Counted from the first letter of the whole stretch, positions 1 to 11,332 are shown. The stretch: 63,344 bases of DNA, filler included, from Octopus bimaculoides (GCF_001194135.2; 5 parts of 5 records of this genome joined end to end with filler, not necessarily neighbours in it); one strand, 5' to 3'. Notes: generated by a model from the sequence alone, not told the origin. Numbers and translations: made by a program.

Positions 1-345
1 CTGGGAATGACAGCGAAACGGGCTGATTACTACCTAGCTCAGATACCAGGAAACCCCAAAATGGCTGAAGTTCAAAAGATAGTGCTCATGGGAACTGCCC
101 ATATCCTACGTAAAATACTGTCTATGTGATCTCAAATTTTAAAGCAAACACATAATTTTCTTATTGTTTCTTAAACATTCACTTGATCAAAACTGTACAA
201 ATCCAAATATATGGTACCCTAGACATAACACCTACATGAACTTCTAACTTGTTGTCTCTTGAGGTCTCTGGGTGAGACTTGGATCCAACTTGTACAAATG
301 CAAAACAAAAGTCAAACATAAAATAATAATAATAATATTAATAAT
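1..345 (+). mobile_element. 3' end of a restriction-like-endonuclease (R4/Dong-like) non-LTR retrotransposon, running in from the window edge
   Basis: Frame 1 reads LGMTAKRADYYLAQIPGNPKMAEVQKIVLMGTAHILRKILSM* (TGA 127-129), the typical GTAxILRK C-terminus of this clade. A 3' UTR follows, then an (AAT)n tail at about 321-350. Confidence 0.75.
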
Positions 346-429
346 AATAGTAAATCAGCAATAATAGGTCTTAAAACGTGCCTTAATACAACAAGTGATG
401 TGCTCTTATGGATCCTTAAGTGTGCACCC

Positions 430-1000
430 GATCCCACGTACAGCTTTTGCGGAAAATTCTCAATGACACTTGATCATTTTGTTGCTGGTTGCCAGGTCTT
501 CGCCGAAAAGGAGTAACCCATAAAACACGAAAGAGTGAGCAGTATGTCCACTGGACTGCTTGTAAATACTACAAAATTAAATCCCATGATAAGTGGTACA
601 AGCACCATTCAGAGGGTGTGGTAAATGGTGATGGCGTCACCATCTTATGGAACTTCGCAAGACGAACAGATAGAAAAATTGACTCTAATCGACCAGTCGA
701 CATTGAGATCAAGGACTACAACAGAGGAACTTGCCTGTTAATAGATATGTCTGTCCTACAAAATCAAAATGTCTCAAGAAAGGAATATGTAAAGCTTACT
801 CACTGTTAATATCTGTAAATTGATATCACAAAAATGTGGAATCTGAGTACCAGGGTAACACCAGTAGTAATTCATGCATTGAGAATGATAAAGATGGGAG
901 CTGAGAAGTATATTAAGCAACTCCCTGGTAACTTCAATCTCCGTCAACTACAAATGGTGGGTACAGCCCATATCCTGAAGAAAATTATCAGTTTGTTTTA
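430..1000 (+). mobile_element. Decayed R4/Dong-like retrotransposon fragment (zinc knuckle plus REL endonuclease)
   Basis: Across frameshifts it reads FCGKFSMTLDHFVAGC (degenerate CCHC), VTILWNFARRTDRKIDSNRPVDIEIKD..TCLLIDMSV (RPD-type motif), and KMWNLSTRVTPVVIHAL...GTAHILKKIISL. Confidence 0.75.
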
Positions 1001-1073
1001 AAATTTGAGATTACATACACAGTATTTTACGTAGGATATAGGCAGTTCGTATAAGCACTATCTTTTTAATTTT

Positions 1074-2480
1074 GAAATTCTTTGGGGTTCCTAGTATCTG
1101 AGCTAGGAAGTAATCTGCTCCATTTGCTACCATTCTTAGTGCACCTATGACAGGTATTGTCTCAGTCTTGTGGTTCCAATTTCTATTTCAAGGTCTTTAT
1201 ACTTGCTAAGTTTTTGGTATGTCTTGACAGATACATTTATATCCATTGGGACAGTCATATCAATGAGGAGGCACGATTTTATTTGAAGACTTATATAATG
1301 TCTGGCCTATTCGCATCTATCTTTCTTTCAGTTTGAATGGTGAAGTTCCAGAAGTGTGAGATGTGATAATTTTCAAGCACTGGAGGGGGTTTGTGTTCCC
1401 TCCAGTTTTTATCATGGGGCAGGTCCAGGTTTTTTAAAATTACCCAGTAAATATATTGTTCTGCTCTTTCATGCGTGTTGAGATACAATGCTAGCGCAAT
1501 AAGACTGCACATGGAGACAACATGATCAATGGCTTCATTTTGTTGTTGACATACACGACATGTTGGGCTGCTGCCGTTGTTTAATATGTTGGCCTGGTAG
1601 TTTCTTGTAGGTAGGCATTGATTCTGGGCTGCTCTGATAAACACTTCTGTTTCTGATTTGAAGCCAGAATACACTAACCATTGACGGGTATGGGCTTTGT
1701 CAGCATCGACACTATCATTATCTTTAGGTATTTGCCATTGAAAGGTTTTTCTTGCCAGTTATCAGTCAGAATATCTAAGGCAGCAGTTTTAGCATATGTT
1801 TTCGTACACTTAGCCTTTTCTGTGCTTATTTCTAGTACGTTTAACTCTGGAATTTATTATGTTTGGAATTCATTTAGGTAATCGTTTGCCTGTTTTGTCA
1901 CTGCATATGTTGCTTTCATGTCATGTTTTGAGACAAGTTTTAACATCCAGTCCTCAGAGTTTTTCAGGTAGGTGTCTAGGCCAATTGTGACAATCTTCAT
2001 TGTTGATTCCAGTTGTAAATGTCCACGGCCACTATCTCTTCTTGGCAGGTAAAGTCGTTCTATTTCTGCTTTAGGGTGGTGCATTGCCACATCACGTTAA
2101 TCGATGCATGTAATATTTTTTGTTGTTACGAAAAGGTATTAATATTTTCTTGTCTTATCTATTTATTTACCGCATGTCATTCATTATTTTATCTATTATG
2201 ATACTAACTTTGAGATGTCTATTAATTTTCTAATTCATTTCATTTCTTCTTTATGCTTTCCAATTTTTAGTCTGGACGCACTTTCTCCATCACAGATAAT
2301 TTGCCATATTTCGTGGTAGGGAGATATATATTTACTAAAGTCGAATTCTATTCTTATGTCCTCACTTCATATTCACAGGTATTTTGCCTCTGCCTCGAAT
2401 TAATTTTCGTTCTTAATAATATAGGGGGCCGATACTCCACCTCCTTTAGCTATTGATATTTTTCCTTAGCATTTCCTAAA
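1074..2480 (-). mobile_element. Decayed R4/Dong-like retrotransposon fragment (RT C-terminal region, CCHC, REL domain)
   Basis: ORF 1857-2090 has HHPKAEIERLYLPRRDSGRG. ORF 1291-1674 has CRVCQQQNEAIDHVVSMC (Cx2Cx8Hx4C) and WNFTIQTERKIDANRPDII. 1074-1125 is the reverse complement of sequence similar to 1-60. Confidence 0.8.
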
Positions 2481-3705
2481 CTCAAATATATGTGACAAAT
2501 ATTTCTTTTGAAATAGTTTGCTCTATACTGATGTTTACATACTTCAACATGAGTTCCGTGTTACACCATTCCATACTTTCATCTTCTTTTGAATATCCTG
2601 AAGTACTTGATATCCAAGTGTATGCAGGAACGCATCAAAGCTATTAATATAACTTTTGATCTGATTCTCCCTACACTAGTTCGTATGGGTGTGCAGAGAT
2701 TTCTTTTGGTGATATGCGAAATATCATAAATGAGCTTCATATGTATATCATCAGCTGGAATATGTGTTGTAGTGTCAGATTGGGATTGTGATGGTATTTT
2801 TTTTTATTAAGAGATCCACTATTAATTATGTAAGAATTATTCGTCATTTTATGAGTTCTTATCATTTTAGACAGTTTATTATATCGTGTGGATTTTGATA
2901 AGTTCTATTGTGATTCGTGTTCTAAAATAGTGAATTTTAGGTGAGATTTGAAATAGTATAATATTTTGGGAGGTACTTATAGTTTGTGGTTTCTAACGCA
3001 TGTGCTCCAATGTGTCGGAATAATGACGACGTTCATGATGGTGAGAAGATGAAAGACAAGAGCATATGAAGAAGAAAAGTAACATATGAAATATAAGATT
3101 ATGAGGAGGAAGAAATAGAAATAGAATATAAGAAAATAAAATAAAGAAAGTAAGGAAGAAGAAAAAGTAGTAATAGGCGAAATAGAAGATGAAAAAGAAA
3201 AACAAAATAATTGTTTTCTCAAAATGTGCAATACGATTTACTATGTGCTATTAGGTATATTATTTAAATATATCATATTTCTACTAGCCGTATATCATGT
3301 AGATGATATAGTGCCATCACTGTTAAGATATAGCTTTGAGTTTCGATTACCAGTCTTGGAAAAAATAATATTTCAAAAGTCAGCAAAAATTCAGAAGCTA
3401 AGTACGTAAGTACAATGGAACCGCTGCTAAAATTGAGTACTTGTAATGAAAATAAATGCATCATAAATATTGAAAAATGTCATTGAGATAATTGCACACG
3501 AAAAAATGGAAGGAATTTGTTATTTTACACTTTCGGACATAAACAGCTTCATGCACTTAAACATGTTTCCACGTCACTAGGTGAAAGTAATATCAGCATT
3601 GACCTGAAGTCAATCTTTATATTTATGTAGATTTATACTAAATATATCTTTATGTATTTGTGTTGCACGATACCTGATATGAAGTCATGTGTTGAAACAG
3701 ATAGT

Positions 3706-4003
3706 GTTGTATTTCCGGACAGTCATTTTTTTTTCGCCAAATAAACACATGCACTATATATTCGTTCTTCACTCGTTTATTACTGTACTTATTCAAATTC
3801 ATGTCCTTTGTCAGGAATGGAATAAGTAGAGCGAGAATACACACGAAGACGGAAAGTGTCACTGAGAAGGTCACAGATGTGTGACAAAAGATTTACGGAC
3901 AATAGACATGAGTTAGTATAAGAACAGTAATAAACGAGTGAAGAACAAATATAAAGTACGTATGTTTATTTGGTAAATTAATACTACCATCCCGAAATAC
4001 AAA
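3706..4003. repeat. Imperfect inverted repeat (about 100-bp arms, about 100-bp spacer), MITE/foldback-like
   Basis: The reverse complement of 3736-3805 (GACATGAATTTGAATAAGTACAGTAATAAACGAGTGAAGAACGAATATATAGTGCATGTGTTTATTTGG) aligns to 3905 onward (GACATGAGTTAGTATAAGAACAGTAATAAACGAGTGAAGAACAAATATAAAGTACGTATGTTTATTTGG). Weaker similarity continues outward. Confidence 0.75.
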
Positions 4004-5882
4004 AAAAAACTAAATATAGTTATCTAGAAACAGATAATTAATTTCTGATAGTGTAATATACATTGATTGATGAAATATAAACAGTATTTTACGACAAGAC
4101 CATTTGGTGAGCATAACTCTATCTGATTATGTAACAATATATTACAATATAAGGAAGTGATCCTTCCGTAAAGCATACTTCCATCCATATATACACATAA
4201 ACATATAGGTATCTACTCTCACCCTTACGCATACATACTTATGTAATGCATTGAGATAACTGTATGAAAAATTGAAGTATAAACCTATTTTCAGAAAAAA
4301 ATAAGTTTTTGCAATGAGACTTTGCGACAGAAGTAAAGTTAAACATGCAGAGCTACTTTATATGAGGAATCTTTACTAAATCACTGCTGCTTCAAGATAT
4401 TTCCCCTACCCCATATTATTAAAGAAGTGTAGATTAAATATATGGTTGCGTTAATGACAAAATGGATGCAGCAAAGTATGCGTTGAAAGCAATGGAAACA
4501 TGAGGGATATAATTTTATATATGTACCGAACACCTTTACGTATCAAAACGTATAGATGTGTTTGTATCATCTCAAAATGTACGAAGATCTTAGTCACTTT
4601 TCAGTTTCTTGATGTACTGTAAAATGATCCAATTACTCACGCCATGTCAACCCTCATATTTCCAGCTGTTATGCATTAGAAGTTTAGTGAAGCATCAAAT
4701 AACTTCATTATACATCTTACCACTGTCAAGTTTATTCTTCCTATTACTGCATTCTCAGCCTGAGCTTTCCATTCAAGAGCCTCTTTTTCATATTATTCCA
4801 GCTCTCATTCTGAATATATTTTGCAGCTTGAATACTCTTATTACCCCTTGCAATTGCTTTTTCTTTTTTCTGTCATGTTTTTTTGAAGAATGTTCATATA
4901 GTTAAGATAAATCTGAATACGAAACGTTCAAGTTACTGCTTAAGAATATTTAATGGATAATACTCAAAATTTTCTCACAACCTTTTCTTATATCTGAGCT
5001 GTAGAGTGTAGAGTACGCAGTGAAGATGGTTAACAAACTAGTCTAGCAGATATTTTAGAATTTGCTGTTCAGTTAACCTAGCGGAAGAAGATCAACCAAA
5101 TTTACGATAACAGGTGTATTTTGGAAAATCCGATACTCGAGTACTAGGTTATGCATTCTACCTTGTCCGTTTTCCAGCGTTCTTCCTAGCGGCAAAGCGA
5201 AAACGTATACATTCACTGAAGCTTTACATAGCCTCGTACAGTTATTGATGCTTTGTTGTGCCAATATTTCCAGTCTATAATTCTACCTTTACAGAGCTTA
5301 AGTTAACTAGAAAATAATACTATTGTATTACATAAGGTTGAGGAGGGTATTGAATTTAACCAAACCCAGGAGGATACAGGTAATACCGAGTAAGTGCTGT
5401 ATACCGACTAGTTTGCCCCAGTCTTTGTATGAACAGGATTGGGTATTATAAGTCGTGTATTAGCGTGTGTGTATGTAAATATATAAAAACAAAAAGATAA
5501 ACAGAGCAAAGGTAAGGTTGGAGAAGTATTTTATGGAGACAGAAAAAATAAAGTAATCTATTATTATATCCATAGGCGGATATTTTTAGTATGAAGTGGT
5601 AAAGAGTGCGATGTGCTGAAAAAAGACAGAACAGTACTTGAAGTGTAGCTTCATTCTGGTGGTGAATATCCGTCTAGAAATCCGTGCAAAGTAATTCTTG
5701 TGTGGATAATCCGGAAATTTATGTTGTAGCGAAAGTTGATATAGCATAGATAACAGAGGTACATATATTCCACATTGCGATGGATTTTTGCTTGTTTACT
5801 TGAAGAATGGCCAAGTCAAGTGAAAAGTGAGCGGTAATCAGGTCAAGTCATGAAGACAGAATGTGAAAGGGGATAGAGGAGA

Positions 5883-5947
5883 GATAGAGGCGGAAGATGG
5901 TAGAGATATATTTTCAAAATATATCTCTACCATCCTCCGCCTCTATC
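5883..5947. repeat. 65-nt near-perfect palindrome (32-bp arms, 1-nt centre)
   Basis: GATAGAGGCGGAAGATGGTAGAGATATATTTT-C-AAAATATATCTCTACCATCCTCCGCCTCTATC, with one mismatch and the centre at 5915. Confidence 0.9.
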
Positions 5948-5989
5948 CCTCCACCTATGGATATAATAATAGATTACTTTATTTTTTCT

Positions 5990-6038
5990 GTCTCCGATGA
6001 AGGGAAATACTGGATCTTCCCAGAAACAGCTGTAAGAC
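5990..6038 (+). ncRNA. Minimal type I hammerhead ribozyme motif (degenerate copy)
   Basis: Helix I GTCT(5990-93)/AGAC(6035-38); core CCGATGA (consensus CUGANGA); helix II AGGGAA/TTCCCA; GAAA 6023-26; self-complementary helix III ACAGCTGT; cleavage triplet GUA ending at 6034. It deviates twice from a canonical fold: U4 to C, and an A.A pair at the base of helix II. Confidence 0.65.
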
Positions 6039-7518
6039 TCTATCCATAAAATACTTCTCCAACCTTACCTTTGCTCTCTTTATCTTTTTGTTTTTATATA
6101 TTTACATATACTATTGTATTACAATAATATTTATAATTTTTATATAAAACTATTTCACAGATCTCTGTTCTCTTTATGGTTAGGCGTTCAGCCGAATATA
6201 CTGTCATTGATGTAGAGGGTATTTTAAAATTTCGCCTTCTGTGAACCTACCTGAGGAAGAGCAACCAAATTTACGATAACAAATGTATTTTAGAAAGTCC
6301 GATACACGAGTACTAGGTCATCCATTCTGGGTTATCCATTTATCCGGCGTTCTTCCTCCAGGTAAGGCGAAAAGTTTTCTTATGTTCGCCACTCGAACAC
6401 GTCTTTGCCTGTATACATTCAGTGAAGCTTTACATAGCTTCGTACATATATCGACTGCTATTTCCAGCAAACATTGGTGCTTTGTTGTGCCACTATTTCA
6501 TATATGTGTGTGTGTATGTGTGTGTGATGAAGGAAAATGTTCTCTATGTGGCTTGTGTGTTTTCTTTACTCTGGTTATTATTTTCTTGTCTACGTTTTGT
6601 TTGCAATGTCCTGTACCCAGATATGCACCTATATGTACAGGTAGACGTAGGTATGCACATACATGTACATATATATGCATAAACTCATTTATTATTTGTT
6701 TTACATGATCGAACGCCTGCGTCATCCCTGTTGTAAGTAGTGTTTTCAACTTTATATTTTCTGACGTGACCCTATCACTTTCTCTTTCTCTATCACTTTT
6801 TCCCTCTCTAGTTCTTCCTCTGCGACTACTACGTATCTCTCTTTACCCCTCTCGTTCTTCCTTCTGTTACTACTATATCTCTCTCTTTCCCCTCTCGTTG
6901 TTCCTTCTGTCACTACTATATTTCTCTCTTCCCCCCTCTCTCTCTCTCGTTGGTCACCTATTCTTCTACTTCCTCCCCTTGTTTCTCCCTCTACCACTCT
7001 CTCTCTTCCTTACCCCTCCTTGGTCACATGCTTCCGGTCACTAATCCTTTTCTTCCTTGGCTATCGCCGAGCAAACACGCGAACTTACTTCGTCCCGGCT
7101 TTCAGTTCGTGCCTCACAGCGTTCATATACACATAATTTTTCACGTCTGGCTGCATAGCCTTTTCTGTTTGTTTTCCTGTCTTGTTTTTTGTCCGCCACT
7201 ACACTCCTCCATGGCACAGGTTTAATTTGTGTAACAAATTTAATTTGCGGTCCATGGGAAGAGCCATTTTTACGATGCGTCTTGCCCAGCTCTTCGAAAC
7301 GCCGGTGTTAAAATGGGGTTAGCTGATGAAGGAAAATGTTCTCTATGTGGCTTGTGTGTTTTCTGTACTCTGGTTATTATTATTTTCTTGTCTACGTTTT
7401 GTTTGCAATATCCTGTACCTATATGTACCTATATGTACCTACATGCACCTATATGTACAGGTAGACGTAGGTATGCACATACCTGTACGTATATATGCAT
7501 ATACTCATTTATTATTTG

Positions 7519-7562
<44 letters not shown>

Positions 7563-7763
7563 NNNNNNNNNNNNNNNNNNNNNNNNNNNNNNNNNNNNNN
7601 NNNNNNNNNNNNNNNNNNNNNNNNNNNNNNNNNNNNNNNNNNNNNNNNNNNNNNNNNNNNNNNNNNNNNNNNNNNNNNNNNNNNNNNNNNNNNNNNNNNN
7701 NNNNNNNNNNNNNNNNNNNNNNNNNNNNNNNNNNNNNNNNNNNNNNNNNNNNNNNNNNNNNNN

Positions 7764-7815
<52 letters not shown>

Positions 7816-8733
7816 AGAATGTGTGCATGTTGTTCGCATATGTGTGATGGCAATTAAAATGATTTGACGTATCTCATTTTGATTATGATAGAAATTATAG
7901 AGGGGAAAGAGTTATTGATGATATTAAAAATCAAACATTACGACTAAATTTTGGGAAAACAACTTGTCATCTACGATAGTGAAAACAAAAGTATCCTTAA
8001 TGGTATTATAGTATTTCCACAAAAAAAAAAGCATTTCAAGAAACGAAGAAAAAGCAAGCATAGCATATTGAAGTGTTATAAAGACAAAATAAATCTAACG
8101 TTGACATTGACAATAATAACGCCAATAACAAAACATATAGTACTTTAGTTATACGACACAATAAGTTATCGGTTTTTGTTCTTCTTCATATATTTTTCAC
8201 AGGATTAAAGATTTAATATTCTCAGTTATCCTTCATGCACATATACACATACACGCACCGACACATACGTATGCACATATATAAATGTCTTTGTATATTC
8301 GTGTGTGTCTATGTAAGTGTGTGAGCCTGCATGTTTGCGTGTGTGTGTTTATTAATTCATTTGCTTTTATTGTTTACGAATATTCTAAAATTTATTTGCA
8401 GAGCCAACAATATTTGTAAAAGTATTAGCGATAGCACGTCGCGTTTTGTCTGAAGAATTTGTTTACTCATATTTTGTTAAATGTTTATTCATTTTTTACT
8501 TACATATATGAAAGCAAGAAATTAGTGTAAAAGAAACAGATATATATATGATGATATTGCAGGAATATAGATATTTATCTAAGTAATACTATTTCATTTT
8601 ATATACAATCAACCTAATTTATGCACGGGTGAATGAAGTGTGTGCTAAACTGAATGGTTCATGTATAATTCTTTTAGCAAAGTTATTATTAAAGATTTCC
8701 TTCACTATAATGTACAATGGAAAGATACACAGA

Positions 8734-8767
<34 letters not shown>

Positions 8768-8924
8768 TGTTATGTAACGATTGAAGGAAGTGTTCAATAC
8801 GAAACTAGAGAGAGGTAGTATATTTAAGACTGGCCAATGACATGTTATCTTCAGTTGAATCTATCATGGCGGTAATTTTCGTTTTCACAAAAATCAGTCT
8901 GCTTCGGTAGACGGTTTTTATATA

Positions 8925-9090
8925 TACAGGCATGTCTATGTGGTAAGAAGATTGCTTCCCAATCACATTGTTTTGAGTTCAGTCCCATTGCATGGCATCT
9001 TAGGCAAGTGCCTTCTACTATTGCCTCGGGATGACCAAGGCCTTGTCAGTGGCCTTTGTGGAGTGGAACTGAAAGAAGACCGTCATATAT
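8925..9090 (+). mobile_element. tRNA-headed SINE, family A, 5' half (diverged)
   Basis: TGTGGTAAG...GAGTTCAGTCCCATTGCATGGCATCTTAGGCAAGTG...GGAACTGAAAGAAGACCGTC matches the head of the copies at 22908-23310 and 50383-50766. Confidence 0.75.
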
Positions 9091-9169
9091 ATAAACAAAT
9101 ATTTAAATTGCTGCAGCTTCAAAATGTTGGTAATCCTGGGGCTCCATCGTTGATATATGTATAGAATAT

Positions 9170-9303
<134 letters not shown>

Positions 9304-9727
9304 TCCGATCTAAAACGACATTTATATATAAACAGTTGAGTGAAAAATGATGAACTAAGCCAAGCCAGAAGGGAGCCCACAAATCAACGCTTGTATGGTT
9401 CCTTGTGCATCAGATTGGGACCAATGCTCCCCCATCAATGGCAGTTATATTTTATGAATATATACTTTGTCTAATACTAGATATATTTGTAAACAAAGCA
9501 TACGGCTTTGTATGTTTTGGACATAGAGCAACTATGGAAGGCTACTAGAGCGACTATATAATAACAAAACATAATAATATATAAACTCCGATTTTAAGCG
9601 ACATTAATATATGAAAAAATGACCGAAAAATGATGAGCCAACTGAAGCCTGAATCGAACCCATATATGGGTTGATCTCTGTAAATTATAAAGCGTTTCGT
9701 AATGTTTACAAACATTATATATATATT

Positions 9728-9840
9728 CCCCCATCACCGCTTAACAACCAGTCAGTGTTGGTGTGTTTACGTCCTCGTAGCTTACGGTTCGGCGAAAGAG
9801 ACCCATGGAATAAGTACTAGGCTTAAATATAAGTCATGGA
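9728..9840 (+). mobile_element. SINE family A, 3'-half fragment
   Basis: GGTGTGTTTACGTCCTCGTAGCTTACGGTTCGGCGAAAGAGACC...GAATAAGTACTAGGCTT is the reverse complement of part of the 22908-23310 copy. Confidence 0.7.
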
Positions 9841-10049
9841 GGCTATATCAGCGGAAACGTTGTGCTAACAGCAAACAAGATGAGGACAAATATCCGTCAA
9901 ATGTAAATAACGTAAATAATTCTTCATCACTTAAATATAGAAGTTTCATCCGTCGTCCCATGAGAATCTTCCTCCCCCATGGAGTCTCGTTCCATTTTGT
10001 ATTGACTTTGTGCTCTGGGAAATATTTATAATATATGGCTTGCATAACA

Positions 10050-10495
10050 AACACGAAAAACTCTAGTTTCATGCCAATGTTTGGTGTGGAGAGACATTTC
10101 GGCCAGTCCTGTCTAAAGATTTTCTGTCCGCTTTGTGGAAATTCAGACCGGAGAGATTTGGGGTGCTTCTCTTAGGCTGTATGACTCTAGCTACTTTTGG
10201 TCCAAACGTAGACAGTTCTATAATGTTGTGATCCTGAACTAATATCGACGTTATTTTCACATTATAAATGATGTCCATATTGTTTGTGAAGCAGTGATCC
10301 AATATGTTATTTGCCGTGTATGGTCGGAACACAATTTATTCCATGAATAAGGCATTGGTGAGGTTGAACAGGGACTCCACCCGTACCTATTTGAAATGAG
10401 TCATTCCTGAAAGCATGAGGACCTCGGACCATTTGACACTGGGGAAGTTGAAATCACCCATAAGAAACACGCTCAAATGGTGTTCAATGGTATAT
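10050..10495 (-). mobile_element. CR1/L2/Jockey-group LINE fragment (C-terminal part of the APE endonuclease)
   Basis: The minus strand reads VFLMGDFNFPSVKW, NNILDHCFTNNMDIIYNVKITSILVQDHNIIEL and LNFHKAD, matching the APE GDFN, D and SDH-type motifs. Confidence 0.7.
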
Positions 10496-10810
10496 ATATA
10501 TATATATATGTAATTTCTCATTTATTTACGATTGGTTTACGCTACTGAAGAGTGGGAGACGTTTTAAATATCGTAAACCATGAAATCTTGAGATAAAGTT
10601 TTGTCCCCAATATTTTATAACTCCTTTCTGTCTATATTCCTCGCATTCAAACTTGTGGTAATGGAGTAATGACTTCAGTCGTTTGTAGACCATTCGGAGT
10701 CTATTTCCAGCGTTCAGGCATTGTCGTTTTCAGCGCCCTTATTACAATAATATGTTATAATTTTACTTAAATGTAAATTAACCAATTATCTTGTAAGTAC
10801 GCTGGCCACT

Positions 10811-11311
10811 CACAAGAAGGGAGACCAAAAGGAAAGAATTTTATAATGTTGATGTTTTACATGAGGGAGATGGAATTATAAAAGAGGCTGGTAAAAACGG
10901 AGGGGTTAATACGAGTTAAATTGGATTCGAACATGTTTCATAGAGATCAGAAAGCAGTGTCATTAGATAAAGACCGAATGGAAAGGATGGTAGAGTTGTT
11001 TCCTAGAAGTATGATGAGATCAGGAGTTATATGTCCGTTATGAGAGTCTGCCTAATGTTGTTGAACTGGAAGATTTGACAGAGCTTATAAAAGACGAGAA
11101 ATTAAAAAAAGAAAAACGATTAAAAACTCTATAAAAGAACAATTAAATGAATCTGCGAGCTTTGGGGGACTCGTAAGCCATTCCATTTTTTTTCATTATA
11201 AATATTCCATTTCATATGCATCATTCGTTATATGTACCCCACGTTTTGTGTTGTCTGTCCTTGTAATGTCTCTTCTTTTTTTCGGGCTATATGCCTATAA
11301 TAAAGATAAAT
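10811..11311 (+). mobile_element. 5'-truncated LINE-like insertion (possibly Tx1/L1 type) with a 15-bp target-site duplication
   Basis: Identical AGTACGCTGGCCACT lies at 10796-10810 and 11312-11326. The 3' end has AATAAA and an A-rich tail. Family assignment is weak. Confidence 0.55.
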
Positions 11312-11332
11312 AGTACGCTGGCCACTGTCTAC

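Larger units (their letters stand above)
5045..7520. mobile_element. Cluster of direct and inverted partial terminal repeats, probably from Penelope-like elements (PLE)
   Basis: Diverged direct repeats lie at about 5045-5290/6225-6500 and 6525-6700/7323-7520. Near-identical inverted arms lie at 5472-5576/5954-6108, with a 65-nt palindrome and hammerhead-like motifs. I saw no RT or GIY-YIG ORF, so the PLE assignment is inferred. Confidence 0.55.

Noticed and set aside
3650-3874. ORF with a signal-peptide-like start (MTFSVTLSVFVCILALLIPF)
   Set aside because: It starts at GTG, lies across the spacer and arm of the inverted repeat, and has no recognisable mature domain.
6245-6275. CTGAGGAAGAGC as a further hammerhead core
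   Set aside because: There is no GCTC-GAAA partner downstream in either repeat copy; it is noted only as possible PLE ancestry.
7313-7857. Long ORFs with YIYI, CVCV, SLSL, NNN or X runs here and across the window
   Set aside because: They are translations of microsatellites and N gaps.
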